Shown here: piece after piece, positions 33,475 to 44,890 of the stretch
Layout of the letters: every line of letters begins with the position of its first letter
How positions within the stretch are numbered: position 1 is the stretch's first letter
NCBI GenBank assembly: GCA_036172245.1
Contig: JAYWIR010000030.1
Location: forward strand, 2,418,001-2,482,000
DNA length: 64,000 nucleotides
Direction: 5' to 3'
Source: Raillietiella orientalis
Taxonomy: Eukaryota
Made by a program: the position numbers and the translations under genes
Notes under the pieces: model-generated
Told to the model about the DNA's origin: nothing
What the model saw: only the letters and a program-made list of their open reading frames with translations
Databases searched by the model: none

Positions 33475-36400
33475 TGCCTCCGGCCTCCCGGCAAGGCCCG
33501 GTAGGAGTTGCGGGGGTGCCCCACTGCTTCCAAGGAGCTCGGACCAGTCCTCCGGGGACCTTCTGGTGATGGTCTGCATCTCTTTGGTCGAGCCAGAGGG
33601 CTCTCAGAGGACCCCCGGGGGGTTCCTCTGAGAGACCCGGGGGTCCTCTGTCCGGGGGACAGAGGGCCCCCGGACGGGGAAGACGTCTCCAATCCCGAAT
33701 TCGACCGGCTAGCAAGTCGCTCGGGTAAAGGTCACGAAGATGCCATTCGACCCGCTGCGAGTGCTCAAATGGGAGAGAGCGAACTCGTCCAGCCCGTCTC
33801 AGCGCCTCCGGTGATTCCCCACATTCCCGTTGTACTCTAAGAGCCGAACGAGGTTCCCCGCTCAGGCTGCTATCGCGACGGCGACGACGGCGTGCCTGCA
33901 GAGAAGCACTTCTGCCTTCCGCTCTCCCAGACGCTCCTCGGTCGATGCCCTGCCCGCAGCTGTGCGGCCCACCTGCCCCCCACTTTGGTCTCGCGTACAT
34001 CGGCGGGAGCCCGCAGCGCCCTTCGCCTCCTTCACGGAGGAGTGGCGACCGAGGAGGAAGCGGAGCGCGCTCCCCACGGTGCACCGCCGCGCAAAGGAGC
34101 AGCTGGCCCAAAGGGGCCCAGGGCGCGTCTTTTCTACCCAGGTTTTCTGTGCCCTGGGGCTGCGGGGAGATCCGTGGGCTGCTCGGTGAAGACACTGTCG
34201 AGCTGCTCGTGTCCCCCGGGGGCTGCCTGGTCCCTGCTCCTGGACGGTTCCTCCGGGTCGAAGCAAATCGGTCGTCCCGGAGGGAAGTCCTGCCTTCACG
34301 CCCCCGCCCGGACGCCGCCCCAGGAGCGCGTTGCGGCGCCCAACCCCAGTGCCGTGGCTGCTCCGAGAGGGCATCCTCCCGCCCGCGGCCTCCAATCCTA
34401 GGAGTATCATGGCAGCCGCGGAGGGCGCGTCGGTCTCTGGGCAGGGTGAGGGGTGTCGACAGAGGGAGACCAGTGGCCGCTCCTGCGCCTCTGGTAGGTC
34501 CCGCTGGGTGCCATGGGACCTCGAACCCCGCTCCGGCCGCCCCGGTAGGGAGGGCCGGCATCCTCCGAGGCGGCACCTTGGAAACCTGGTGTATCCCTGC
34601 TCCTTGCCTTCCTGCTTCCCTGCCACGACGCAACCAGCATCCTCTAACGAAGGGCCGAGCTCTGGGTGGTTCTTTGCGCCCGCTGCCGAGACCATCCTGG
34701 GCGGAGGAGGAGAATCTGGAGGGAGAGATTTCGGTGGCTTCAAAAACTCGATGGGGGGGGGGGGGAGGGACAGAGACGCTCTACTGCACCGGCGGCGGCG
34801 CCGAAGTCGCGCTCCGGATCCACGGAGCGACGTCGGGCGTGGCCGGGCCGTGCGGCACGCGAGAGCGGACGGCCCGAGCACACTCGAGGGAGTCTCCGCC
34901 TCCCCGGCGGTGCCGGTGCCGTTGACCTTCGCTGCAGCGGAGCGTCCCACCATTCCCGTGACGGAGGGACACGCGCCACCCGCTTCCTGGAGTCCACGGT
35001 GCGCTGCGTCCGGCTTGAAGAACCAGCCCCGTGGGAGCGAGGGTGACGGGGAAAGGAAGGCGGCGAAGGGAGGTCACACCCGGATCGCCCCGGGGCGACA
35101 ACCGGAGATGGAAGCGCTTCTTCTCTAGGGCGGTTCCCTTTGCGTTCGCGGTGTCTCCTCGTGGCACGAACCTACGGGCACCCGACGGGCTGTGCGGGGC
35201 CGAGCAGGCGTCGCCTCCCCCGGAGGCGACTCCCTGACACAGCCGAATCTTCGTCCGGGTTTTCGGGAGACGAATTAAGGAAGGAAAAAAGGCATGGTGG
35301 TGTCTCGCTGACCACGCGCGGCTGGCCCTGAGAGCGAGCATCCAGCAAGGCGCTTTGGCAGATTCGAGCAATGCCCTGAGATCCTAAAGGCTTCGCCCCT
35401 CTGGTCAGCGCAAGCACTCTGTCGGCATCCGAACCACGCCCGTTGCGCCCTCAGCTCGCCTTAGCACCTCCTGCTACGGCGTCGGGAGGAGTAAGCAATC
35501 CAAGGGTCTCGAGAAAAGGGTCCTGCGCGTCCTATCTCCATGGAGATCTTCGCTTCTTGCGCGGCAAGGCTGCCGCACCGCGAGAAGCCGAGGGGAGGCA
35601 TGGCGGCGAACGAAGGCGCACTACTTTGCCCGCAGGGCTGGGTGGGTGGCGGCGGGCTGTTGGGGAAGAGGCAGCGCTCAAGGCGTGCGCCCTTCTCCGA
35701 CGAGCGCGCCCCATCGAATGGGATTTCTCCGTGGGGAAGAGAAGGGGGGAAGGAGAGGGAAACGCGGGGGTGGGTCGCGCACCATCGGTTCCCATGGGCC
35801 GGAGCGCGCATGATCGATGTTGCGTTCCGGGACGAGGAGGGCGATGGGCGAACCGGGAAGCGGAGAGCCGCGTCCGCTCCAGGGGAAGGCAAATGGCTGG
35901 CGGACTTCCAGGAAGAGGGGCGATGACGTCACTCGGGCCGCGGCGCGAAGAGACGGCGACGAGCGATCGATCTCCAGCCGGCCAAGCCCTGAAGTGCGCC
36001 CTCGCGCCTCTTCCGGGTGGAGGCCGAGCGCCCCCTTGATAGATGATGGGAAAGGTGGCGGCGATTCCTCCCTTCCCGCCTCTTCCCTCCGTCAGCCTGG
36101 AAAACTTCGATCCGATGGGCGCCGCGCGCTCGCCCAAGTTGGTCCGAAATCTCCCCGCGGTCGCGGAGGAGGAGAGGGGAAAAAAAGGGTCGGGCTGCCA
36201 AAGTCTCGGGCAAGGCGTGATCTCCCTCGGACTCGCTGCAGGCCGAGGTGCCCACCTCAGCCACCCCAGAGGAGCTCGGCCTCGTCTGGATCCTTGCGCC
36301 TGCGGGCCCGTCCCTGTCCTTCGCTTCCTCGGAGGCTGAGACGCCCTCGAAGGGGCCTTCAGGTCGAAGCCGCTGAGGCGATTGTCCAGGAAGAGTCCAC

Positions 36401-36973
36401 TAGAGGCGATTCTGCCAGACCGGGGCTGAGGACTCGCGCGCGCCTGCCCTCAGGCAGGGTGGTTTTCCGAGCGCGCGGCGCGCGCGACCTTTTGCGCCCG
36501 CCTCCTTCCCTTCGATTCCTCCTCCGCCGCCTCCGGAGTGCACTCCCGCGGCAGTCGGAGCAGCCCCAAGGGCGGCGGAGTCCTTGGCGGGACCCATAAA
36601 AGCGCAGCGACGCCCCCGAAGGACGCCCGCTCTCGTTTCAACCGGCGTCCCGCGGACGGTGGGAACTCCTGCTAGCTGCTCAGTCCGGCCGGAACGCGGA
36701 CGGAGACCGCAGCTCCGCGACCACCGCCGCCGCAGGGCGTGACGCTGCCCCCGCCCGTGGAGCCGAGGGAACCGCCGACGCTTCCACGCCTCACCCTTCC
36801 GGCCGCGCGAGCCTCAGGAGTGGGCGTCGGTCGGCAGCAGCCCCAGCCATGATGCGGGTAGGAGGACCCTGGCCTTTGGTTCGCGCGCGTTCCGCGCCCG
36901 GCGCTGCCCGCGCGGGAGGGTTCGCGCGGGGCAGCTGTACCCGCCTCCTTTGTCACCACTGCTGTGCTCGCAG

Positions 36974-37069
36974 GGCCTGACGTGCTTCCTCGTCTACGCC
37001 ATCTTCTGCGCCGTCCTGGGGATGTTCCAGTTTGGCTACAACACTGGAGTGATCAACGCCCCGCAGAGG
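36974..37069 (+). CDS. Glut1: Glut1 core exon (GLTCFLVYAIFCAVLGMFQFGYNTGVINAPQR)
   Basis: TM1 motif QFGYNTGVINAP; CAG acceptor, GTCAGT donor. Confidence 0.97.
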
Positions 37070-37130
37070 GTCAGTAGCGGGGTGCACATCTCCCCTCCGG
37101 AAAGATCCCTCCTTCCTCCTTCTTCCCCAG

Positions 37131-37291
37131 GTTATCCAGCGGTTCTTCAAGGACGTGCACCAGAGCAGGTACGGGAACGACATCGACGACGCGACGAACG
37201 ACCTGCTGTGGTCGCTGGCCGTGTCCCTGTTCGCCATCGGCGGCATGTTCGGCGGGGTCTTTGGCGGCTGCGTGGCCAACCGCTTCGGCAG
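37131..37291 (+). CDS. Glut1: Glut1 core exon (..LWSLAVSLFAIGGMFGG..NRFGR)
   Basis: Sugar-porter TM2 and RFGRK loop; 61-nt upstream intron. Confidence 0.97.
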
Positions 37292-37347
37292 GTGCCGCCT
37301 CCTCCCCCCATACCATCACCCATCCCGTCCCTCCTCCTCATTTGCAG

Positions 37348-37472
37348 GAAGGGAGGCCTCCTGCTGAACAACCTGCTAGGAGTCATCGGCGGCATCCTCA
37401 TGGGCTTCGCCAGGTCCTGCGACTCCTACGAGATGATGATCGTCGGCAGGCTGGTCGTTGGGATCAACTGTG
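37348..37472 (+). CDS. Glut1: Glut1 core exon (KGGLLLNN..EMMIVGRLVVGINC)
   Basis: GR..G..CG motif; GT-AG boundaries keep frame; 56-nt upstream intron. Confidence 0.97.
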
Positions 37473-37534
37473 GTCAGTGCCTCGGGCGCGGGTGACCCCC
37501 GGAGGCTGCTTAGGCTGCAGCTTCGCACCATGAG

Positions 37535-37705
37535 GTCTCAACACGTCCCTCGTCCCGATGTATATCTCGGAGATAGCGCCCCTCACCCTGAGGGGTGGGC
37601 TGGGTGTGGTCAACCAGCTGGCCGTTACCATCGGGCTGCTGTTGTCCCAGGTCCTGGGCATCGAGAAGTTCCTGGGATCCCGGGAAGGATGGCCGTACCT
37701 GCTGG
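37535..37705 (+). CDS. Glut1: Glut1 core exon (GLNTSLVPMYISEIAPLTLRGGLG..WPYLL)
   Basis: PMYISEIAP..LRG motif. Requires a GAG acceptor at 37532-37534. Confidence 0.95.
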
Positions 37706-37805
37706 GTATGCGACGGACGACCTCCCGTTCCCGCGGTTCTCCATGCGGGGCGCGCGGGACGAGGGGACGGGCGTGACCTTGTCACCGCCGCCTTCCCGTT
37801 GCCAG

Positions 37806-37913
37806 GCATCGCCATCTGCCCAGCAGTGCTGCAGATCCTCCTGCTGCCAGTATGCCCGGAGTCCCCGAGGTACCTCCTGCTCAACAAGCGCAAGGAGGAG
37901 GAGGCCAAGAAGG
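37806..37913 (+). CDS. Glut1: Glut1 core exon (..CPESPRYLL..)
   Basis: PESPRYL motif; GTGAGT donor. Confidence 0.97.
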
Positions 37914-37973
37914 GTGAGTGCCCCGGGGGGCACTGGAGGGCGGGTCAGGGAGGGGTCCGGGCTGCTCCCCCAG

Positions 37974-38161
37974 CTCTCCGGAGGTTGCGCGCCTCCCGGG
38001 ACATCGACGGCGACCTGGAGGAGATGCGCGCGGAGGAAGGTACGCTGCAGATGGATTCCAAGGTCACCCTGTGCGAGCTGATCCGCCTACAGTCCTTCCG
38101 GCTCCCCCTCGTCATCGCCGTGGTCATGCAGCTGTCCCAGCAGCTGTCCGGGATTAATGCC
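37974..38161 (+). CDS. Glut1: Glut1 core exon (ALRRLR..MQLSQQLSGINA)
   Basis: QLS and QQLSGINA motifs of class I glucose transporters. Confidence 0.97.
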
Positions 38162-38222
38162 GTAAGACCCTCCGGGCAGGCGCGCGCAAGGGTGGTGATG
38201 GTCACCCTCCACCCTTCCGCAG

Positions 38223-38435
38223 GTCTTCTACTATTCCACGGACCTGTTCATGATGGCGGGCCTGCTGGAGGAGCAGGCGCGCTACGCCACCATCGGCGTG
38301 GGGGCCGTGATGGTCATTATGACAGTCATCACCATTCCGCTCATCGACAGGATTGGCCGGCGCAACCTCCACCTGTACGGGCTGGGCGGGATGTTCATCT
38401 TCAGCATCTTCATCACCATCTCTTTGCTGGTTCGG
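38223..38435 (+). CDS. Glut1: Glut1 core exon (VFYYST..DRIGRRNLHLYGLGGM..)
   Basis: FYYST and DRxGRR motifs. Confidence 0.97.
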
Positions 38436-38493
38436 GTGAGCCGCGCGATCCCCTCCTCTTCCCCCTCGTCTGACCGCCCGCCTGCCTCCCCAG

Positions 38494-38697
38494 CAAATGA
38501 TCGCGTGGGTCTCCTACCTGTCGGTCGTGTCCACCCTCATCTTCGTGGTCTTCTTCGCCGTGGGACCCGGAGCCATCCCATGGATGATCACCGCCGAGCT
38601 GTTCGGCCAGGGGCCGCGGCCCGCTGCCATGTCCGTCGCCGTGCTGGTCAACTGGCTCGCCAACTTCGTCGTCGGCATCGCGTTCCTGCAGCTCCAG
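38494..38697 (+). CDS. Glut1: Glut1 core exon (..[22 protein letters not shown]..)
   Basis: GPGxIPW and ELF..GPRPAA motifs. Confidence 0.97.
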
Positions 38698-38750
38698 GTG
38701 ACCCTTCCTCCCTGTGGCCTCACCCGCTGACCCCCACCCCCCTGCTGCAG

Positions 38751-38890
38751 ATGCTGCTGGAGAACTACACCTTCCTCCTGTTCAGCTTCTTCTTGGGCAT
38801 CTTCTGGATCTTCACGTACAAGAAAGTTCCGGAGACCAAGAACAAGACCTTCGAGGAGATCTCCGCCCTCTTCCGGGAGACCGCCAGCGG
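38751..38890 (+). CDS. Glut1: Glut1 core exon (..KVPETKNKTFEEI..); read-through ends at TAA 38892-38894
   Basis: PETK..TFEEI motif; ends at GG|GTAAGC donor. Confidence 0.96.
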
Positions 38891-39133
38891 GTAAGCAGTC
38901 CGCTCCGGGACGCCTCTCGCGTGGTGGTACCTTCTTCCCCCTGTCCGTCCCTCCCGCTCCTCCTCCTCCTCCTTCCGGGCGTACTGGACGCGCGCCCTCG
39001 CCTCCTCCGGAGGCAGCTGGAAACGCGACGGCCATGGGGAGTGTTTCCGCTGCCATCGGGCCGTCCCGTGCTCTTCCCCTCGTTTTTTCCTTTTTTTTTT
39101 TTTTTCATCCACCTTTTTTCTTCTCTTACCCAG

Positions 39134-39206
39134 TGGCAAGGCGTCCGCTGGCGCGGGAAGAAACGCCGCCGCCACGCCGCTGTCGAAAATCGGCCAGGCC
39201 AGGTAA
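39134..39206 (+). CDS. Glut1: Glut1 putative terminal exon (GKASAGAGRNAAATPLSKIGQAR*)
   Basis: Long pyrimidine tract plus CAG. Phase matches the donor at 38891. Stop at 39204-39206 with AATAAA about 70 nt later. The full long model is 1887 nt, 628 aa. Confidence 0.6.
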
Positions 39207-39277
39207 ACCAGGAGAGCCCCCCTTTCGCTTACCCCTTCCTGGAAAAAGGGAGCAAAAATGATAAAAAAAAAAAAATG

Positions 39278-39287
39278 AATAAATAAA
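39278..39287 (+). promoter_or_regulatory. Overlapping polyadenylation signals AATAAATAAA
   Basis: Two overlapping AATAAA hexamers downstream of the predicted Glut1 stop. Confidence 0.55.
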
Positions 39288-41288
39288 TATAAAGGCGGAA
39301 TTTCCCTCCGCGAGGGCTCGGTCCCCGCCTTCCAGTCTCTTTCAGCCTGCAATTCGCAAGATGGTGATTTGTATTGGCTCCGCCCCCCTTCTCTCCCACT
39401 AGAACCTGCTATGACTGCGTCACGACGAACCGTGAAATCCCAATTCACGAAAACTCCGCGCTGATCCTGGACCCCGAATCCCGGAGCGTAGCCAATTGTG
39501 AGTGCAATCCCGATTTTGCTTCATTTTGCTTGTCTTTTCTTTCCCTCCTCCCACCCGCGCCATTTGCCTGCGGCTGCGCGCACTCATGAGCTGGACAGGG
39601 CAAGCAGGCTCGCGAGACGAGCACAATGCGACCGATCACGTGACCGGCCGATGGAGCTTCTGCGGGGGCGAACAGCGCTGCAGCCACATCCGCTGCTTCC
39701 TCCCAGCTCCTGCCGGGCCGACCTTCCCTCTCCTCTGGGCCCACGACCCTCCGGACCCCTGGGCAGGGAACGCGACGCCACCCTCGTCCAGGACCCCGAG
39801 GCGGCGGCGCACCTCCTCGACGCTTGCGGCCAGGAAACAGGGGTGCCAGTTTTCGCTCCCCCTTCCATCCCTCAGACAGAACCGCAGCGCGCGCGGCAGG
39901 GCAGTCCCGTCGGGGGTCTACCGGGCTCCAAGCCGACGCTCCCGGATGGCCTGAGAAATGGCTGTGCCCGCCCTTGGCGACCCGTCACCCAGTGAATCCC
40001 TGAGACGAGGTCTCCTCCTCGTCCAGGGAGCCCGAGGAAGGCAGATGCGAGCTGCGCCTCAGGTGGCGCTGGCCAGTTGCCTCAGCACTCGGCAGAAGGC
40101 GCTGCCGCGCGGACTGGCGGGTTGGCAGACCCAGTCTCATGGAGCGACAGAGGCTGCTCGGCAACAGGAGGGGCGCCCAGCAGTCCCGAGGCGGCGGAGG
40201 CACACTTTGGGCGTTGTACAGCCTCCAGCTCTTCCCCTCTGCGCGCCCAACCCTCGTTCGGCACGATGCGGAAGAGCCCGCGGACGGCAGTCCACGGGCT
40301 CTTTCGCGGAAGAGGATGCCAGGCAGCGGCAGCACCGTCGGCCGCCCAGGCGCGGGAGCGCCTACGGAAGGGCTGGGGCCCAGACCAGCTCCGCTCCTGC
40401 AGTAAATGGACACGCGACCGGTGCTATTGGTCGTCCTTCGCGTGCTCATGGGACCGAAGGCTCCCGCAGACAACCGGCGCTTGCCCGCCCACCACCTCCG
40501 GGAAGCTGGGGAGTTCCCGGAGGCTTCTTGAGTGGAGGCGACAGGCGGGGATGCGCGCCCGAAACTCGACCTGCCCGGGGTCAGCGATGGAGGTGCTCTG
40601 CGTCCCCCACGCCCTTCGCTCAGCTGAAATCGCTGCTGGGGCGCCTCCCGGCTGGCACCGCCTTTACGCCACGTCCCCCCGCTACGGCTCGACAAGATCC
40701 AAAAGCGCCACCTCTCCTCCCACGACGGCGCCAAGCGGTGGCGTCCGAACCGGCGGTTCCGAGCGCGCACTCGGCCTCCCTGCCTCAGAAGATTGGACAT
40801 AAGGAAGAGGAGGGGGAGCGAGCTTGATCCACGACCCTCCTTTCGGGGCATGAAGGCAGATTCCATGCCCACTGCCCCATTATCCGGCGGTCCGGAGAGC
40901 CGGGGCGAGCGGGTTGCGCCACGATGCAAAGATGCGGGAGGAGCAGCGCGTTCCCAGAAAAGAGGGCAGGCAATAGACTACAGGAGCTTCAAGTGCGCGT
41001 CAGAGCGTGTCACTCCATCGCCAGGATCCCGGGGGGGATCCGCATGCAGAGACGGCCACGGCCACAGTATCTCCGCAGATAACGAGGGTGCTCGACCGAC
41101 GCGGAGCCGAAAGCGCGCGCCGGTTTCCCAGAATGGAGTCTTCACTCCCGGGTCGGTCGTAGCGGCTGGATAGCACCCGAGGGGACTCCCTGCATCACCC
41201 ACTCTTAGATGCAGGAGACCCTTCTGTCGCACCGGGCCGCGGGTCCGTGCGAACCTTCAGCTCCCGCGCTGCAGAAGCTGCAGAAACG

Positions 41289-42150
41289 GCACCGTCCGCT
41301 TGCCAGTTTCGGCTCCCTAACGTCGTCCTCATCAACCAATGGCAATGCGGACTTTCAAGTTTGTGTCATCATCAGCTTCCCGGAGAACTTCGGGCGGATG
41401 CTGCGAAGTGACAGCCAACCTTCCCGTCTCCAGTGGCAGTGGCTCCCCACGAAAACTTCCCCACGGGAGGAAATGTCGCATCGTGACACGCCATTCGACC
41501 TCTTCGTGCCCCCGGGGTCATGCTTACGTGTTCATCCGTGCACATCCGCACGCGTGCCCATCCGCACCAGCGGGAACTCACACGCGCGCGCTTTACATGC
41601 ACGTCCGAGAGGCGTTTCCTTGGCAACCCGTGGGGCGTGCGACCGGGAGAGGAGCGCATTGCTGCCTGCGACGCAAGAGCGCCCCAAGTCGTGTACCGAC
41701 CTGTACCGTACAGAAGAGGCGCTCTCGAATGACTCCTTCCGGGAGTCTCGACGAGTTTCGCCTCGAAAAGGAAACATCCCTTGTGCCACGGGTGCCCTCG
41801 ATCCCGGCGGCGGGCGACCCCTTCGTCTCCACATGCCCTCGAGCCTGACCCTTCCCAACGTGCCTCCGTCAAGGCGTGATGGTCCCGCCCTGACAGCGGT
41901 CCAGCCGCACGGCTTCCAAGAAGCTCCGGTCGCCCTCCGCGCGGAGGGGGCCCTGAGGGGCGTGGTCTCTTTCGCTGTAGCAGCCGGCCGCACCAGAACT
42001 GCGCGCGCGTGCTTCCGCCGGAGAGCCTCCCTATAGCAACGCATCCCCTGGACCACTTCCTGGATGTCTTCCCTCCCTGCTCGCCAATTCGTGCACCCTG
42101 GGTCCCCGGAATTCCTTCTCGCGTCCTCCTCCATGCCCAGGCACTCCCTA
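41289..42150. repeat. Direct repeat copy 2, near-identical to 1414-2270
   Basis: Direct sequence match; ORFs 41209-42036 and 1251-2162 are nearly identical over the shared region. Confidence 0.97.
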
Positions 42151-42899
42151 GACTAAGGAAGGAGGGAGCGCGCGGAGGAATGCTGACGTCTCCTAGTGAA
42201 CCCCCCTTTTGCTCCGGATGCGGAAGCTGGGAAGATCATCCGAGTCTTGACCTCCTGCAGCCCGCCTCGGATCCTTACATCTCCCAGGCGAGCGCAACCT
42301 CCGTCTCTTCCGGGCACGCCGCGACCCTATCGGCTCCGCCTGCGTGACGACCTCGACCCTGAAGCACCTCCGGGAAGAGCTTCGAGGACCTCGGCGCGCG
42401 CAGCGGCAAGCTGCTGCCCGCGCTGCGGGAGAGGAGGCGCCTCTGTGCACGCGCGTGCGCCTCTTTGGCCGCCGTGGAGGGCTGACCAAGGGGGGGGCGT
42501 CGCTCCTGCCTCTGCCACAGCGTTACATCAGCAGCAACCCGGATCACTCCCCCTCAGACTGTGCGTGCAGGCGGGGCCTCAGACGGTGACCCCTCCCTAA
42601 CGAGGACGCCACCGTCGTCCCGTCTGGACCCGTTCGTTCGGAAGGAGGGAGGTGGGTGGGAGGTTCCATCCTTCCGCAAGTCCGCAGTCTTTTCCTCCGC
42701 ACCTCTCGCACGGGAACCCGGCAAGTCCGCGCGCGCAGCTCCCAGTCCCTCGCCCAGGAGACTAAAGGATCCCCCGTTGTTTGTGGCCGGTTTCCCGTGG
42801 CAACCCCGCGGAAGCGCCAAGCTGCGCTCGCGCTCGTAGCCGCCGATCCTCGCACACGTAGGAACCTCGTGATCAGAAGAGATGGGGCAACGTGCCCTC

Positions 42900-44290
42900 C
42901 GGGAAGTTCCCGTTCAAAATGAGTCCCTGGATGAGGGGACTCCGCGCACATGCGTCCCGCGAACCGCCACAGCTCCCCATGGATGAGTCGTGAGCGCAAG
43001 CGGGGCAAGCGAGCTCTCGGTAGAGGGCCTGGAGGAACCGGGCGATTTGCACCCAGGGGATGCTGCGAAGTCCTTGCAGATGCAGGGTGCTCCCCCTTCG
43101 CTGGAAATCATCCTAGCAGGCATCGCTCGTGCGGCGTCGAAAGGTGGCAACCCTGATTCTCGTAGCAATCGGCGGCTCGCTTCCCGAGTGAGCGTGAGCC
43201 GCGATCCCGAGCTCTCGCGAGCCGGGATCGCAGCTCGCCGTGGTGCCCCACCGTCGGCCTGGCAACCCTTTCCTCTTCGAGTAGCACTTGCCGGCCACAC
43301 AGACCGATCCTGCCTTTGTTGCCTCTCCCCCCGCGGGCAAGTTCGCCCAGCGACCCGGATCGCAGCGCGAGAAAAAATCGCATCCTCTCCGCGGAGTTGA
43401 CGGATGCCTGGGGATGGGAATGCCTGCGGGGTCACCGGAGAGCGCCTACCGGAGCCCGTGAAAGGTCACTGTTAGGAACGCTCGTTGCGGGCTACACCCG
43501 CCGCTTTGAAGAATGGTCGGGTCCGAATGGAGGTCCTTTCGGCGCCAGGAATCGTGGGGAGTGGCATCCCTTGCTATCCAAAATGGCGCTCCGGGCGACC
43601 CTCAAGGAGGACCGCCGCTCCCGATATTCGGGAAAAGCGCCAGCAGCGGCGGCGCAGGCGCCCTGGCCCGGCCACGACGTGGGCTGGGGAGAGGAAGAGA
43701 CCCACGGGCGTTCTACGCTTCTGCTGCTGGCCGACGACCGGCTGCTTGCCGTTAGCAGTGACCCCGAAGATGGGGAACTGGCCAGGCCGTCAGAGGGACC
43801 GGGTGGGACCCCGACCAGCGACCTTGGAAGCTCCCGTACGCTTTGCACCTGGCGGAGAAAAGTCTGCCAAACGGGGGCGGTGGCCTCGCTGGAGGGCAAG
43901 GCCATCCAGCAATTCGGATGCGACCCCTCACTCGGCCCTCGGGGCTCCACCAGTAGAGTCGAACCCTCCGGCTCCAGCTATCATGTCTCATGGGTCTCGA
44001 GCGCAGCAGTCGCCTCCGGGAGACGCGGTGAGGTCTGCTCTTGGCCGCTCAAGCAGGGTGCCCGGTAGACGCCGTGGTCGCCCGGTAGATGTCTCGTCGG
44101 ATGTTGGGCGAAACCGCCATCTTGATTGCTGCTCCCCGACAGGGTGCAGCGCTGCCGCGACGCGTGTTAAGGACGCAGATAGGGACTTCTCTAGGGACAA
44201 GAATCGTCTGGAGCGTTTGCGCCCGAGAACTTCTGGCACCCACCGACGAGGAACTGGGAGGGGAATTCTTTTTTGTTTAACGGCAGCAAT
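42900..44290 (-). pseudogene. Decayed AAA-ATPase-like paralogue L
   Basis: PLPVPRRWVPEVLGRKRSRRFLS (ORF 43988-44440) resembles TRPRRWGKS.NL.M.RRFL and lies directly downstream of the 5' repeat. Short nucleotide similarity between 43758-43835 and 3536-3690. Confidence 0.45.
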
Positions 44291-44890
44291 GCTCTGACTC
44301 CATACGGTCCGTGTTGGCGGCCGCGTGTCTGCCGTCTCCGCGCGTCGTACAGAACGCCGCGGATTTGAATCCCGCCCGGAGAAGGATGGACGCGTCGTGA
44401 GTTTCGAGTTACCTCCGCAAGATGACGCTGGCTGGCCCACCGATGTAAGCCGGATGCTCCCGTTGACCGGCCTCCGGAATTGGGAGTCAACCCTCCTGGG
44501 TTCTTCCAGGAATCAAGGAGTCCTTCAGGGTTCCTCTCCGGTTGCGAAGATGGGGCAGTACTATGAAACTGGTTAATGCCCTCCAGAGTGTCAAACAGCC
44601 CCTTCGGGGAACACCATTCCAGAAGAAATGTGAGGTGGTCCCCTCCGGGGTGTTCCTCCAGAGAGAATAAGAAAGGGATGGTTCCGTTCGGGGTTTCCTC
44701 CCAAGAGTCAGAAGAGCGATGGTCACTTCCTCCCTGGGTTACCCCCTGACTTGAAGAGTTGCTACACATGCACCCTCGGCGTGTGACCCTCCAAGTGAAC
44801 AGTGGAAAATAGCTTCGTGAGCGCCCCCGAGGAGGCGTGCAGTTCTTCAGCACTATTCTTCAGCACTTGGCGCACCAGAAAAAGAAACTC
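44290..44890 (-). repeat. Pro/Gly/Glu-rich repeat family, copy 2
   Basis: PKGLFDTLEGINQFHSTAPSSQPE in ORF 44191-44853; aligns to the other three copies. Confidence 0.9.

Noticed and set aside
33419..35128. ORFs of 265-404 aa on both strands
   Set aside because: GC-rich shadow ORFs without codon bias or recognisable domains.
1414..42150. The 0.85-kb direct repeats as LTRs of one element
   Set aside because: They are 40 kb apart, have fuzzy ends without TG..CA, PBS, PPT or TSD, and enclose Glut1 rather than gag/pol.
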